The position numbers were made by a program, and so were the translations under genes. A DNA stretch of 64,000 bases. Source: Sedimentisphaerales bacterium. Lineage in GTDB: Bacteria > Planctomycetota > Phycisphaerae > Sedimentisphaerales > Anaerobacaceae. Under the pieces are notes generated by a model. That model searched no databases, was not told the DNA's origin, and saw only the letters and a program-made list of their open reading frames with translations. This document shows positions 40,685 to 51,992 of this stretch, piece after piece. Each line of letters begins with the position of its first letter. The stretch's first letter is position 1. The stretch spans positions 3,040,001 to 3,104,000 of the forward strand of contig OY970194.1 in assembly GCA_963708075.1 (NCBI GenBank), given 5' to 3'.

Positions 40685-41143
40685 ATGATGCTAACTCGTA
40701 TATTGCAGCCCACGTGCATTAAGGTCCCCTTGACCGGCACGGATAAAGACTCGGTGATCACGGAGTTGGTGGATATTCTCGCCGAAAACGGCTTGCTTGG
40801 GAACAAGCAAGCCGCCCTGGATGCGGTGTTTGCGCGGGAGCGAACCCGCAGCACGGGAATCGGTGCAGGCATCGCCATTCCGCACGGCAAAAGCAGCGCC
40901 GTCAAGGAACTCGTCATGGCGTTGGGAATTGCTCAACAACCGGTGGACTTCGAGAGTATTGACAGAAAGCCGGTGTTCATCGTGATTCTGCTCGTTTCGC
41001 CGCTTGACCAGACAGGCCCGCACATCCAGGCCTTGGCGCGCATCAGCCGACTCATGCTCGACAGTGAGTTCAAGAACGCGTTGGAGAAGGCTCCTTCGGC
41101 CCAGGCGGCTTATCAGCTCCTGAGCGACCGCGAGAACGAGTAA
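40685..41143 (+). CDS. PTS IIA (fructose/Ntr-type) domain protein
   Basis: RERTRSTGIGAGIAIPHG, HIQALARISR. Confidence 0.9.
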   Translation: MMLTRILQPTCIKVPLTGTDKDSVITELVDILAENGLLGNKQAALDAVFARERTRSTGIGAGIAIPHGKSSAVKELVMALGIAQQPVDFESIDRKPVFIVILLVSPLDQTGPHIQALARISRLMLDSEFKNALEKAPSAQAAYQLLSDRENE

Positions 41144-41174
41144 CGCCCTGATTCGGGCTTTGCCCGGCTATGCC

Positions 41175-43775
41175 TCAGCTTTTCTCCCAGAGCACCAGCC
41201 CGTGCTCGTAGGCGTTCACCTGGTCACGGTGGTTCGGCAGGACTCTCACGGCGACCCCGTGCTGGCCGGTCATCTGGCAGGCCATGCGACCGGAGAACCA
41301 GTGCCCGCCATCGTCCCCGGCCTTCTTCTCATGCACCATCCGAACGGTCGCACCGTCGTGGATATGCCCCCATGAGTCTGTGGGCCCGTGATACAGTTCC
41401 ACGCAGACATCCTGAGGCTGCATTCGCCCGATCTTGATGAGCGCCCGGATGGTCAGCTCGGAGCCGACCTTCAACTGCGGCTGGCGAGGATTGAGCGACT
41501 CGCCGTCTTCGCCATTGTGGGCACGCATCACGACTTCGCAGACAGCGAACTCCGACCAGGCCTGCCGGATCTCCGACTTCCAGCGAGCCAGGGCTTTCAC
41601 CCGGCTCATCGCATCGTCGGTCAGGTATCGGTACCGGGTCGCCGAAGGATTGTAGAACCGGCGGGTGTATTCGCCGAGCATCCGCTGCGTGTTGAATCGC
41701 GGCGCCACGGATTTGATCGAGGCGCGCATTTTCTGAATCCATGCGCGAGGCAGATTGCCCACGGACCGCGAGAAGAACATGGGCACAACCTCATTCTCCA
41801 GGACGCTGTACAGAGCCTGGGACTCGACCGCATCCTGATACGCGGGGTCATCGTAACATTCCCCGCCGCCGATGATCCAGCCGTTCTCCGGGGTGTAGCC
41901 CTCGCACCACCAGCCGTCGAGCGTGCTCAAGTTGATGACGCCGTTGGCCCCCGCCTTCATCCCGCTGGTTCCGCTGGCTTCCATGGGTCGCCGCGGGTTG
42001 TTCAGCCAGACATCGACGCCGCGCACGAGGACGCGGGCCACATCGATGTCGTAGTCTTCGAGGAAGATGATCCGCCGCCGCACGGCCTCCTGGGAAGCGA
42101 AATGGCTGATGTGACGGATGATCTCCTTGCCGCCGTCGTCCTTCGGGTGCGCCTTGCCGGCGAAGATGATCTGGACCGGGCATTCCGGGTTGTTGACCAG
42201 CGCGGCCAGACGCTCGGCCTCTCGCAGGAGCAGGTCGCCTCTCTTGTAGGCGACGAACCGCCGTGCAAAGCCGATCGTCAATGCCTCGGGGTCCAAGACC
42301 TCCTCGGCCTGTTTCAACTCCGTCAGGCACGTGCCGCGACGCTGCATCTGCGTCACCAGCCGCTTTCGGGCAAAGACAACCAACTGTTCCTTGCACCGCT
42401 GATGGGCGCTCCACAGCTCCTCATCGGGAATCTGCTCCACCTGCTCCCACACGGATTTGTCGAACGTCGTCTGGTTCCAGGCGGGTCCGAGGTATCGCTC
42501 ATACAGAGAGGCCATCTCATCCGCCAGCCAAGTTCTGAGGTGAATCCCATTCGTGATGGAGGTGATTGGCACTTCCCGGGTGGGCAGGCCGGGCCAGAGC
42601 GAGCCCCACACCTCGCGCGACGTCTGCCCATGCAGCTTGCTGACGCCATTGATATAGCTGCTGAGCTTGATGGCCAGGACAGGCATCTTGAACGGTTCAT
42701 TCTCGTCGTCCGGCAGAATCCTGCCCAGCGATAAGAACTGACGCCGGTTGATGCCCAGGTGCGGGAAGTAGCCGCCGAAGTACTTATCCATGAGCTCGAC
42801 GCTGAACTCATCGAGGCCGGCCTTGACGAGTGTATGCGTCGTGAATACATTGCCGGCCCTGGTGGCCTCGACGGCCTCCTCGAAACTCATGTTCGTGGTG
42901 GCCCGCAACTGCCGGACGCGCTCCAGAGCCATGAAAGCCGCATGTCCCTCATTCATGTGGCAGACAGTCGGTGTGATGCCCATCGCCGCCAGGGCCTTCA
43001 AGCCCCCGATGCCCAGCAGAATCTCCTGGCGGATGCGCAGCTCGCGGTCGCCGCCGTACAGGCTGCTGGTCGTCATACGGTCGGCCGGCGAGTTGGCTTC
43101 GATATTCGTGTCGAGCAGGTACAGCTTCACCCTGCCCACGGAAACGCACCAGATCTGGGCCTGCACGCAGCGGCCCGGATACTCCACGCTGATGATCAAA
43201 GGTCGGCCGCTGCTCTTGCACACCAGATCGACGGGCATGTTGTGCGGGTCGTTGTCCGCGTAGGCCTCCTGCTGCCAGCCATCGACGTTGAGGTATTGGC
43301 GAAAGTAACCTTTCTGGTACATCAGGCCGATGCCGACGATGGGGATGCCGAGGTCCGATGCGCTCTTGAGATGATCGCCCGCGAGAATTCCCAGTCCGCC
43401 TGCATAGATCGGCAGGCTCTCGTGGAGCCCGAATTCCGCACTGAAATAGGCGATAACTGCCTCGCGATTATCGCTGCAAACCTTCTCGAACCAGGAGGGC
43501 GCCTCGATATATTCCTGCAGGGTGGCCGATGCCCGCTTCAACTCGTTCAGGAAGCTCTCGTTGGTCGAAAGCGCCTCCAGCCGCTCCTGCGGGACACTGC
43601 CCAGCAGCTTGACCGGGTTGTGTCCGCTTGCGACCCATAAACCCGGATCGATCCGCCGGAACAGCTCGGAAATCTGAGGATTCCAGGACCAAAGCAGATT
43701 ATTGGCAAGGACATCCAGTTCCCTCAATGACTCGGGCAGCGCTGGCAACACGGTGAAGCTACGCACACTCGGCAT
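41175..43775 (-). CDS. glgP: Alpha-glucan phosphorylase
   Basis: AYFSAEFG, GGLGILAGDHLK, HMNEGH, GFARRF, EASGTSGMK. Confidence 0.95.
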   Translation of the reverse strand: MPSVRSFTVLPALPESLRELDVLANNLLWSWNPQISELFRRIDPGLWVASGHNPVKLLGSVPQERLEALSTNESFLNELKRASATLQEYIEAPSWFEKVCSDNREAVIAYFSAEFGLHESLPIYAGGLGILAGDHLKSASDLGIPIVGIGLMYQKGYFRQYLNVDGWQQEAYADNDPHNMPVDLVCKSSGRPLIISVEYPGRCVQAQIWCVSVGRVKLYLLDTNIEANSPADRMTTSSLYGGDRELRIRQEILLGIGGLKALAAMGITPTVCHMNEGHAAFMALERVRQLRATTNMSFEEAVEATRAGNVFTTHTLVKAGLDEFSVELMDKYFGGYFPHLGINRRQFLSLGRILPDDENEPFKMPVLAIKLSSYINGVSKLHGQTSREVWGSLWPGLPTREVPITSITNGIHLRTWLADEMASLYERYLGPAWNQTTFDKSVWEQVEQIPDEELWSAHQRCKEQLVVFARKRLVTQMQRRGTCLTELKQAEEVLDPEALTIGFARRFVAYKRGDLLLREAERLAALVNNPECPVQIIFAGKAHPKDDGGKEIIRHISHFASQEAVRRRIIFLEDYDIDVARVLVRGVDVWLNNPRRPMEASGTSGMKAGANGVINLSTLDGWWCEGYTPENGWIIGGGECYDDPAYQDAVESQALYSVLENEVVPMFFSRSVGNLPRAWIQKMRASIKSVAPRFNTQRMLGEYTRRFYNPSATRYRYLTDDAMSRVKALARWKSEIRQAWSEFAVCEVVMRAHNGEDGESLNPRQPQLKVGSELTIRALIKIGRMQPQDVCVELYHGPTDSWGHIHDGATVRMVHEKKAGDDGGHWFSGRMACQMTGQHGVAVRVLPNHRDQVNAYEHGLVLWEKS

Positions 43776-43934
43776 GTATACTCCTTACAACGTAAAATCT
43801 CTGTGCGGCGACGCCTACTCCGGCGCGGCGAACCGCTGACAAGCCGCATAGAGCCAAACCAGGTCCTTGACCCTGTATCGGCAGTTCCTTCCACCTGCTT
43901 AAGCTCGAAAGGCATAGGCGCAGACCCGAGCCCC

Positions 43935-44024
43935 GGAAGTGAGGAAGGCGGGGAGGTAAGAGGATAAGAGGGGAGGAACTCGTATCCTGCCTTCTTGTGC
44001 TCTTCCCTTCTTGCCTTCTTGTCT
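43935..44024. repeat. Degenerate ~8-nt periodic purine tract followed by a complementary pyrimidine tract
   Basis: GGAAGTGA GGAAGGCG GGGAGGTA AGAGGATA AGAGGGGA ... CTTCTTG repeated. Confidence 0.5.
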
Positions 44025-44091
44025 CCGCACCGTGCCTCTTGATGGGCAGACAATGGGCCGTTTAACCGACTACAGATGAAGATCAGCCACC

Positions 44092-44190
44092 CCAACTGAC
44101 AACTTGACCACCAACTACCGGTTATCAGTTGTCAGTTCCCGGTTCACAGTTGTTGAGAACCGAGAACTGCCAACTGTCAACTGACAACTA
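44092..44190. repeat. Heptamer tandem repeats in alternating orientation
   Basis: CAACTGA-type / CAGTTGT-CAGTTCC-CGGTTCA-CAGTTGT / GAACCGA-GAACTGC-CAACTGT-CAACTGA units. Confidence 0.7.
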
Positions 44191-45315
44191 TTTGTACACC
44201 CGGCCCAGGCATTCGACGACAGCCTTTTTCACAGCCAGGGGTTCAATCGTCCCCAGATGGCGGTAAGCGACCTCGCCACCGGGCTTGATCAACAATGTAT
44301 AGGGGATCGCGCCGGGCCACTTCGGGTCCACGGCGTCGATGAGGGCATAGACATCGCCGTCATAGACGTGGTTCGTGAAAGACGCCTGGTTCTTCTTGAG
44401 GAACGAGAGCGCCCTGTCCTTCGCTTCGCTCCCTTCGACGTTGATGCTCACCATCTTGAACTCACGCCCGCGATACATGCGATTGATCTCGATGAACTCA
44501 GGAAACTCGGCGACGCAGGGTCCACAACGGGTAGACCAGATATTGACCAGGCACACGTCGTTTGAGTCGTTCTTGAGTATCTTCTTAACCCCTGCCAAAT
44601 CTATCGTCTGGAGATTGACCGGCTCTTGAGCCCATTTTTCAAAAGACTGCTTCGCAGAGGCACGTTTATCTGACCATTTGATGGAGCAGCCGAAAGTCTT
44701 GGTTTTTTCCAGCGGCACAGGCCGCCCGGCCAGCAGGGCTTCGATGGCGTTACGGGCATCGGGCGAGGTGACCTTGTCCGGCTGCTTCTCATTGTTGTCC
44801 ACTCTGCCGACGTAGCGCAGCTTTCGCTCGCTGTCGAAGATGAACACGTGGGGTGTGGTCATCGGGCCGTAGGCTTTCGCGGCCTCCTGCTTGTCGCCGT
44901 CATAGAGATACGGGAAGTTGAAGTCCTTGTCCTTGGCACGGATCTTCATATCGGCCAGCGAGTCGCCCAGGTCGGTATAGCCCAGCTCATCCAGCCGGAC
45001 CGCCTGTGAATCGTTCGGCGAGATCGCCACAAGCGAGACTCCCTTATCCTTATAGTCCGCCGCCAAAGCCTTGATCCGCTCCTCATACGCCTGCGCGGTT
45101 GGGCAGTGATTGCACGTGAACACGATGGCAAGCACCTTCGCCTTTTTGTAGTCCGACAGCTTGTGCTTCTTCCCATCCACCCCGGGCAGCACAAAATCCG
45201 GCGCCGTCGCCCCAATCTCCAGCGTCTTGATCTCCTCCGCCGCGGCTGAAATCCCAGCGACAATCAGGCCAATAACGAGGGCAGAAACGATTGCTTTGCA
45301 GGTTAGTCCGTTCAT
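44188..45315 (-). CDS. Redoxin-domain protein with two thioredoxin-like domains
   Basis: Signal peptide; APDF.LPG, FTCNHCPTA, TPHVFIFD, GCSIKW; second domain VNIWSTRCGPC. Confidence 0.85.
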   Translation of the reverse strand: MNGLTCKAIVSALVIGLIVAGISAAAEEIKTLEIGATAPDFVLPGVDGKKHKLSDYKKAKVLAIVFTCNHCPTAQAYEERIKALAADYKDKGVSLVAISPNDSQAVRLDELGYTDLGDSLADMKIRAKDKDFNFPYLYDGDKQEAAKAYGPMTTPHVFIFDSERKLRYVGRVDNNEKQPDKVTSPDARNAIEALLAGRPVPLEKTKTFGCSIKWSDKRASAKQSFEKWAQEPVNLQTIDLAGVKKILKNDSNDVCLVNIWSTRCGPCVAEFPEFIEINRMYRGREFKMVSINVEGSEAKDRALSFLKKNQASFTNHVYDGDVYALIDAVDPKWPGAIPYTLLIKPGGEVAYRHLGTIEPLAVKKAVVECLGRVYK

Positions 45316-45334
45316 CAGTTCTCTCCTATCAATC

Positions 45335-45355
45335 GTGGGGTGGGTTCAACCCACC
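45335..45355 (+). repeat. GTAG-like REP (single)
   Basis: GTGGGGTGGGTTCAACCCACC, similar to the REP at 46844. Confidence 0.55.
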
Positions 45356-45379
45356 ATTCCCCCGTAGTCTACCCGATCC

Positions 45380-46816
45380 TCAGTCTTGATGCCAGCCAAG
45401 GGCCTCGATTCGTGCGAATTCCGTCTGGATGTCGTCGCCCTCGTAAAAGGAGAGCCAGCCGTGCAGGCGGCGCGTCTGCCCCGGCTCCAGGTCGGGAAAC
45501 TTCGGGTCGGAGTGGAAACACGGGCACTGCTCGTTGCCCCAGGGCCGATTGCAACTCTCCCAGGCCGTGATGATCCAGCGTTTGCCGTCCTCGGACCGGC
45601 AGGCAACATAGGGATTCGTAAAGACCTTGTTCTCATTCGTCTGCGAGGCAAACCCCACCGCCATCTTCGTCATCACGCAAATCTGCACCCGCAGGTCCGT
45701 CAGTTTTTGATCGGTCCCATTCCTCAGCCACATCTCCATCCGCACTGCCTCTTTCGTCGGCACCGCTTTCACACCGAACGCGATCCCATTCGGCAGAACC
45801 CGCTCGATATCCAGGCTGCCATCAGCCCGCCGGTTCCATTCCAGTTTTGGCAGCTCAATCCCCTGCTTCGTCCAGATCGTGTCGATGTGCTTGTGCGCCA
45901 GGTACGTCAGCCCCAGGTTCGACCAGATCGCCTCCGGCACATCCACCACAACATAGCTGTTCGGGTCCCACGGCGTGAACACGCTGAACTTCGTCTCCCG
46001 TTGCGGGTCGATGGCCCCCTCCAGAAACCCAATCCGAGGATGCCTTCCCCCTGGATACGGCAGGATGAGCAGCGGCGCATCTTTTTCCCTTCGGGGCCGA
46101 TTGGGCAGATAGATTTCGTTCGTCTTCTGGGCCGCATAGATCGCCTCGGGCTTGAGTCCCGTCGCCGCCTGCACGTCGCGGGTCCCGAACCGATGATACC
46201 AGATCATGTTCTGAAGCCAGTACTTCACATTATCCGGCGTTATCGGGCGGCGGGTGTTAGCCGGCATCAAATCCGCTATCCCCTCGTCGGCCTTACCTTC
46301 CCATCTCAGGCGAGGGATCTCCTCTGTCTTGATCGACCTGACGCTTCCATCCACGAACAGCACGTTGCAGCGCTGGTCCTGATGGTGCTTTGTCGTCAGA
46401 AGCTCCGCCCCGCCGGCCAGATTCCATCCGCCGGTACTCTCAAAGAGCAGAACAACATCCGGTGCACTCTGCGCGTCGGCACGCGGATTCATGGCATAAT
46501 CGCATCGCCCCTTCCCTCCCGTCGGGCATTTGAAGGCCCTCTCTGAAGCATTTGGACTGACGAGCCCAACGAGCACATCACACCACTTGTCCGCAGCCGG
46601 ATATGCTCCACCATGCTCCTCCGCATAGAGGCTCAACCCCACGCCCAGCGTCCTCAGATTCGCCAGACAGACGACACGACGAGCTCTGGTTCGCGGAGGC
46701 CTTGTGAGAGAAATGAGGTAAGCCAGAATCAAGATGCCGATAAGGACTCCCAAGACAATTCGCAGCGGCAAGAAGGTATGACCACGATCAGGTTTTTTGT
46801 TTGCCGGCTCGCTCAT
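45380..46816 (-). CDS. Fusion: pseudopilin-like/H-X9-DG N-terminal domain + uncharacterised C-terminal domain
   Basis: TM helix, CLANLRTLG, FKCP, HHQDQRCNVLFVDG; then LPYPGGRHPRIGFLEGAIDPQRETK...CFHSDP. Confidence 0.7.
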   Translation of the reverse strand: MSEPANKKPDRGHTFLPLRIVLGVLIGILILAYLISLTRPPRTRARRVVCLANLRTLGVGLSLYAEEHGGAYPAADKWCDVLVGLVSPNASERAFKCPTGGKGRCDYAMNPRADAQSAPDVVLLFESTGGWNLAGGAELLTTKHHQDQRCNVLFVDGSVRSIKTEEIPRLRWEGKADEGIADLMPANTRRPITPDNVKYWLQNMIWYHRFGTRDVQAATGLKPEAIYAAQKTNEIYLPNRPRREKDAPLLILPYPGGRHPRIGFLEGAIDPQRETKFSVFTPWDPNSYVVVDVPEAIWSNLGLTYLAHKHIDTIWTKQGIELPKLEWNRRADGSLDIERVLPNGIAFGVKAVPTKEAVRMEMWLRNGTDQKLTDLRVQICVMTKMAVGFASQTNENKVFTNPYVACRSEDGKRWIITAWESCNRPWGNEQCPCFHSDPKFPDLEPGQTRRLHGWLSFYEGDDIQTEFARIEALGWHQD

Positions 46817-46843
46817 TCTGTCGTCCTCGCACGCATCGCTTAT

Positions 46844-46916
46844 GTAGGGTGGGTTCTCAACCCACGCGTCAATACATGTATGCCAGCCAACCGCGTGGGT
46901 CAAGGACCCACCCTAC
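46844..46916. repeat. Inverted GTAG-REP doublet (REPIN)
   Basis: GTAGGGTGGGTTCTCAACCCACGCG ... CGCGTGGGTCAAGGACCCACCCTAC. Confidence 0.8.
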
Positions 46917-46932
46917 GAATTCGGCAGATGGA

Positions 46933-49900
46933 TCACTTATTCGCGGTCGCGAACGTCTTCTTCATGAAGCGAAGGAGGGTTTGGGGCTCGAAGTAGGGTT
47001 CGGGGAGGCGCAGGTGGATGGTCTTGGGATCGGGGATTCGGACGGAGCCCTTGGTGTTGGCGAAGAGGCGGTTGACGTTCTTGCCGGGGTCGTTTCTGAA
47101 GGAGAAGATGAGGTCGCCCGTGGGTCGGCCGCCCTCGTAGGGGATGTCGTTCGAGGACATCTGGACGATGATGCTGCGGATGCCCCATTTGGCGGCGGCG
47201 ATGCGCAGCTCGGCGATCTCGATCAGGACTTTGACCTCGTCCGGGACCGGGCCGTAGACGTCGGCCAGGCCGGCCTGTATCTGCTCCAGGTCCGCCGGCG
47301 TCCGCGCCACGGCGATCTTGCGGTAGGCGTCCATGCGGTGACGCTCGAGGGGAATGTAGTTCTTCGGGATGAAGGCGGGAAAGCCGAGGTCGATCGTGGT
47401 CGTCGGCAGGGGCTCGACCTTCTCATTCTTCATCTCTCGCACGGCATCGGCCAGCATCTCGCAGTACATCTGGTAGCCGACCATCTGGATGTGGCCGGAC
47501 TGCTCGGCGCCGAGGATGTTGCCCGCCCCGCGGATTTCCAGGTCGCGCAGCGCGATGCGAAAGCCCGCGCCGAGGTGCGAGTATTCCTCGATGGCTTTGA
47601 GCCGCTTGGCGGCGATGGGCGAGACCGGCCGGGTATTGGGCAGGAGCATGTAGGCGTACGCCCGGTGCTTGTACCGCCCCACTCTGCCGCGAAGCTGGTG
47701 CATCTCTGCCAGGCCGAAACGGTCGGCGTCGTTGATCAGGATCGTGTTGGCGTTCGGGATGTCCAGGCCCGACTCGATGATCGTCGTGCACACCAGCACG
47801 TCCGTGTGGCCGAGCACGAAGTTGATCATGGCGTCCTCGAGCTCGCGCTTGCTCATCTGGCCATGCGCGATATCGACTCTGGCATCGGGCGCGAGATTGC
47901 GAATCTCCAAAGCCTTTCTGTCGATGGACTGAACGCGGTTGTGCAGAAAGAAGACCTGGCCCTGGCGATTGAGCTCGCGATAGATGGCCTTGCGGATCAA
48001 CTCGGGATTGTAAGCGGTGACGCTGGTGACAATACTGCGGCGGTCCAGCGGCGCGGTGGTCAGCGAGCTGATGTCACGCAATCCGAGCAATGCCATGTGC
48101 AGCGTGCGCGGGATGGGCGTGGCGGTCATCGTCAGGATGTCCACGTTCACCCGCATTCGCTTGAGGCGTTCCTTGTGCTCAACGCCGAATCGCTGCTCCT
48201 CGTCGATGATGAGCAGGCCCAGGTCCTTGAAGGCGACGTCGCCGCTGAGCAAGCGGTGCGTGCCGATGAGAATATCCACGTTGCCCTCGCGTGTGCGGGC
48301 GAGGATTTCCTTGGCCTGTCTGCCGGTCTTGAAGCGGTTGAGGACCTCGATGGTGATGGGGAAGTCGGCGAACCGCTCGGTGAAGGTGCGGCCGTGCTGA
48401 ACGGACAGGACCGTCGTCGGGACGAGCACGGCAACCTGCTTGCCGCTCTCGACGGCCTTGAACGCCGCTCGCATCGCCAGCTCGGTCTTGCCATAGCCGA
48501 CGTCGCCGCACAGGAGGCGGTCCATGGCGGTAGGTTCCCGCATGTCGGCCTTGATCTCACCGACCGCCGTGATCTGGTCCGGCGTCTCCTGGTACGGGAA
48601 CGACTCCTCGAACTCCATCTGCCAGCTCGAGTCCTCGCCGTATGCGATGCCGCCGATCGCCTGGCGCTTCGCCTGAACCTCCAGCATCTCCGCCGCCAGG
48701 TCGCGGACGGACTCGGCGACTTTCTCCTTCTGCTTCTGCCATCGTTTCGAGCCGATTTTGCTGAGTGTCGGCCGCTTTGGGCTCGTGCCGATGTACTTCT
48801 GGATCAGCGCGATGTTCTGGACGGCTACGTGGATCTTGACACCATCGGCGTACTCGATGGTCAGGTATTCCACCTTGGCGCCCTTCTCCTCGATGGTCTC
48901 TGTGCCCTGGAATTTGCCGACGCCGTAGGAGGCGTGGACCACGTAATCGCCCGACTGCAGGTCGGCCAGCGTATCCACCGGGGCCGTCGTGTGCGTCGCC
49001 CGCTCACGGCGGCGAAGGGCATATTGCCCGAATAGTTCATGATGGCTGACGACGATCGCGTTGAGCGGCTCGACAAAGAAGCCCTGGTGCACGTAGCCGA
49101 GCGGCAGGTGAAAGTTGCGCGGCACCTCGCGGTCGATTTCCTTGATGATCTCGGTGACCCGCTGGACCTCGGCGGGGCTCTCGCAGTACAGGGAGACGCT
49201 GTTGCCTTCTTTCGCCCGCTGGATCAACTCTTCAAGGGCGGCCTTGTGTCCGGCCCAGAGGGAGGTGGCCTTGCGCTCGAACTGCTGAACGCTCTTGACG
49301 GCTAGCCGCAGGAATTCTTCCGGCTCGCCTGTGGCGAATCGGCAGACGTGCAACTGCGTGAACCGGGCCATGGAGTTGTAGATATCCGCCCACGGATAGA
49401 GCCGGCCGGCCTTTTCCACGCGGGCCAGGAACACGCTGGCGACCTCCTGGACCTCGTTCGGCTCCTCCAGGATGACGATGGTCTCCTGCGGCAGGATGTT
49501 CGTGAACAGCTCCCGCTGCTCCACGACCACCTGCGACGCGGCGGCCACGATGTTGATGCTCCGAATCTCGTGCGTGGAGCGCTGGGTATCGAGGTTGATC
49601 CGGCGGATGCTCTCGATGGTATCGCCGAAGAACTCGATCCGGATAGGCTGTGCCTCCTGCTCCGGCTGCTCCGCGTCGCGGGGGTTCAGCAGGACCTCGC
49701 CGCTGGTCAGAGGGGCATAGATATCGATAATCCCGCCCCGGCGGGCGAACTGGCCGGGCAGGTCCACCGCATCGACCCGCTCGAAGTTGTTTCCTACCAG
49801 CCACTCGACAACCGCATCGGGGTCGATGGTTGCGTTGTGCTTGAGACGCAGGGAGCTTTCCTCCAGCGCCGTCGGCTTGGGAATTGGCTGGCAGATCGCC

Positions 49901-50258
49901 TGAATGGGGGCCGCGATGACAAGGTCGCGGTGTCGCGAAGAGTCGGCCAGCCGCGACACGACCCGCAGCCTTTCCGCCCGAGTCTCGTCCGTCGCATCGG
50001 CCAGATCCTCCTCGCCCTCCCACGCGGGCAGAAGCTCGACGTGAGTAGCCCCGAACGTCTTGAGGTCATCGAACGCCCGGTCGGCGTCATCGATGTGTGC
50101 ACAGAGGTACAAGACAGGCCTGTGAAGGGTCTTCGAGGCTTGAGCGGCCAGCAGGCGCGAAAAGATCCCCACGTCCCCTCGACTTTCACCGGCCCCTGCG
50201 GGGAGCGGCTCAGTCGGGAGAGCACCTGAGAAACCACCATGTCTCCTGCCAGATCCAT
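46933..50258 (-). CDS. mfd: Transcription-repair coupling factor Mfd (frameshift ~50160 near the N-terminus)
   Basis: RRGGIIDI, GDYVVH..YGVG, DRLLCGDVGYGKTE, IIDEEQRFG, TATPIPRTL, QLRGRVGR, DLEIRGAGN. Confidence 0.95.
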
Positions 50259-50562
50259 AGTACGGTTCTGCCACGGGCAGTATAACAGACGGGGATACCG
50301 AGGGCGAGCAAGATCCCTCCGAGCGCCCACGGACCGTATCGCCTCCACGCCGGACCCGGTTCATTCACACCGGGCCGGGCATCCCTATTACTATCCGTTG
50401 GCAACAGGAATTGTTCGCTGCGGCGGAGCCGGCTCCGGCGAGGGGGTCAAAACTGGGCTGGGGCTTGCAGCGACAGGCCCCAGCCCAGAACATGAACGCC
50501 AGGCTGCTTCTCTATAATGCTCCGCCCACCATAAACGGCGATTAGAGAGCATCGGCTATGAT

Positions 50563-50656
50563 GGGTGGCAGCGACAAGCGCCAGCTTGCCGATGGCTCGC
50601 GTCTATGGCTGTACGCCATCGGCAAGCTCCGAAGACTCCGCATGCCGCTGCCACCC
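50563..50656. repeat. Nested inverted-repeat element, copy 2
   Basis: GGGTGGCAGCGACAAGCG..GCTTGCCGATGG...CCATCGGCAAGC...TGCCGCTGCCACCC. Confidence 0.75.
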
Positions 50657-50686
50657 GGTATCCACCAGACTAGCGTAGTCGGAGTA

Positions 50687-51361
50687 TTAGAGTACTCGGC
50701 GTCGTCGCAGCAAGCCAATCAGTCCGACGCCCAGGGAGCCAAGTGCGATAGCGGCAGGCGCCGGGATGGGAGTAGCCAGGTTGACAAACGACGCGGGGCC
50801 GCCGGTGGCGAATGCCTCCGTCTGGAGACCGATGCGAAATTGCCCTGCCTGGATCTGCTGCAGGAGCTGCGCCGTGGTTGTGTCCGGGCTCAGATTCGCC
50901 CTCAACTGCAGCGCCTCGCCCGGATTGATGCCTTGGGCGGCCGATTCTGTGATCAACGAGAAATCGGACGACGTCACGAAGGCCGGCGTCAGGGATGTCC
51001 CGCCGGGAAACTCGACCGCCGTTGTAGGCCGGTCAAAGTCGACACCCGTGCTGGTGAACGTGGTGTCGTCCAGGCCTGCAAGCATGGGAGTGGTCAGGTC
51101 ATCAAGGAAGACGCCCGTGACGGAGGAGGGGAGGGTTCCGGCGTTCTCGACAGTGAACAAGACCTGATCTGCCGGAAGCTCCGCGACATTCATGACAAGT
51201 TGATCCCGGCCGATCACCGCGTTCCCGATATCGCTGCCCGGGACATCGCTGAAAAGAAACGTCGTGCCGCTCGTGAATTCGGCATACGCCGCACCTCCGT
51301 ACATGCCGAAAGCAAATACGGTAACCAGTGATACGCGCATAACCACGTCATGTAACCTCAT
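50687..51361 (-). CDS. PEP-CTERM-like surface protein (IPAP variant)
   Basis: GGAGG SD, signal peptide, C-terminal IPAPAAIALGSLGVGLIGLLRRRR. Confidence 0.8.
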   Translation of the reverse strand: MRLHDVVMRVSLVTVFAFGMYGGAAYAEFTSGTTFLFSDVPGSDIGNAVIGRDQLVMNVAELPADQVLFTVENAGTLPSSVTGVFLDDLTTPMLAGLDDTTFTSTGVDFDRPTTAVEFPGGTSLTPAFVTSSDFSLITESAAQGINPGEALQLRANLSPDTTTAQLLQQIQAGQFRIGLQTEAFATGGPASFVNLATPIPAPAAIALGSLGVGLIGLLRRRRVL

Positions 51362-51992
51362 TGCTGCACCTCCATGATTTGTGCTGTCGTTCCGACCAGC
51401 AAGTTCACGATCCATCACGAATCCCTGCACAAGTACATGAAAGACCTCGCACCGGCGTCGGGCAAAACGCCCGTGTCGGAACCGCGAAGTCCTGCTCTCC
51501 CCTGGTGAGGCCCGCCGCTCTCCCCTGCGGGAAGGCGAGGCCATGTGGCGGTTTGTTCTCCGGTCCATCCCTCCTTTCTTGTTGACTTGTACTCTGATAG
51601 CGGCGCCGGTTGACAGCCAACCCGACGGTCCGGTTATCCTGCAGACTCCCTGAGGTTTGCAGAGGATGATTGGAGGCAGGGCGCCGCGCGCGTTGTTCAT
51701 CTGGATGCGCATCCCCGCCGTACTATCCCCCATGCAACTCGTGCTTAAGCTCAATCCTATCGGCGCAGCGCCACCGCCATTAGGTGTGGTCCCTGATTTG
51801 TTCAAGCAGGTTACGCAAATACGGTACATCCCGCCGTCAAGGCGCATCTGCCGCCCTACGCCTCGTTAGGTGATGCGCCCACGTGTATGCGAGCGAAGCA
51901 GAACGCTGAACCGGACGATAGACATTCCCCGGGGGCGGAAGGGCCCGGCCCGTATGTCTTCAGTAGATGGTGGAGATCGATGCCGCAGGCGG

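Noticed and set aside
46801..49035. Long antisense ORFs (also 51870-54140, 15823-17721, 41388-42734)
   Set aside because: Shadows of well-supported opposite-strand genes (mfd, tkt, TolB/DUF6057, glgP) in GC-rich DNA.
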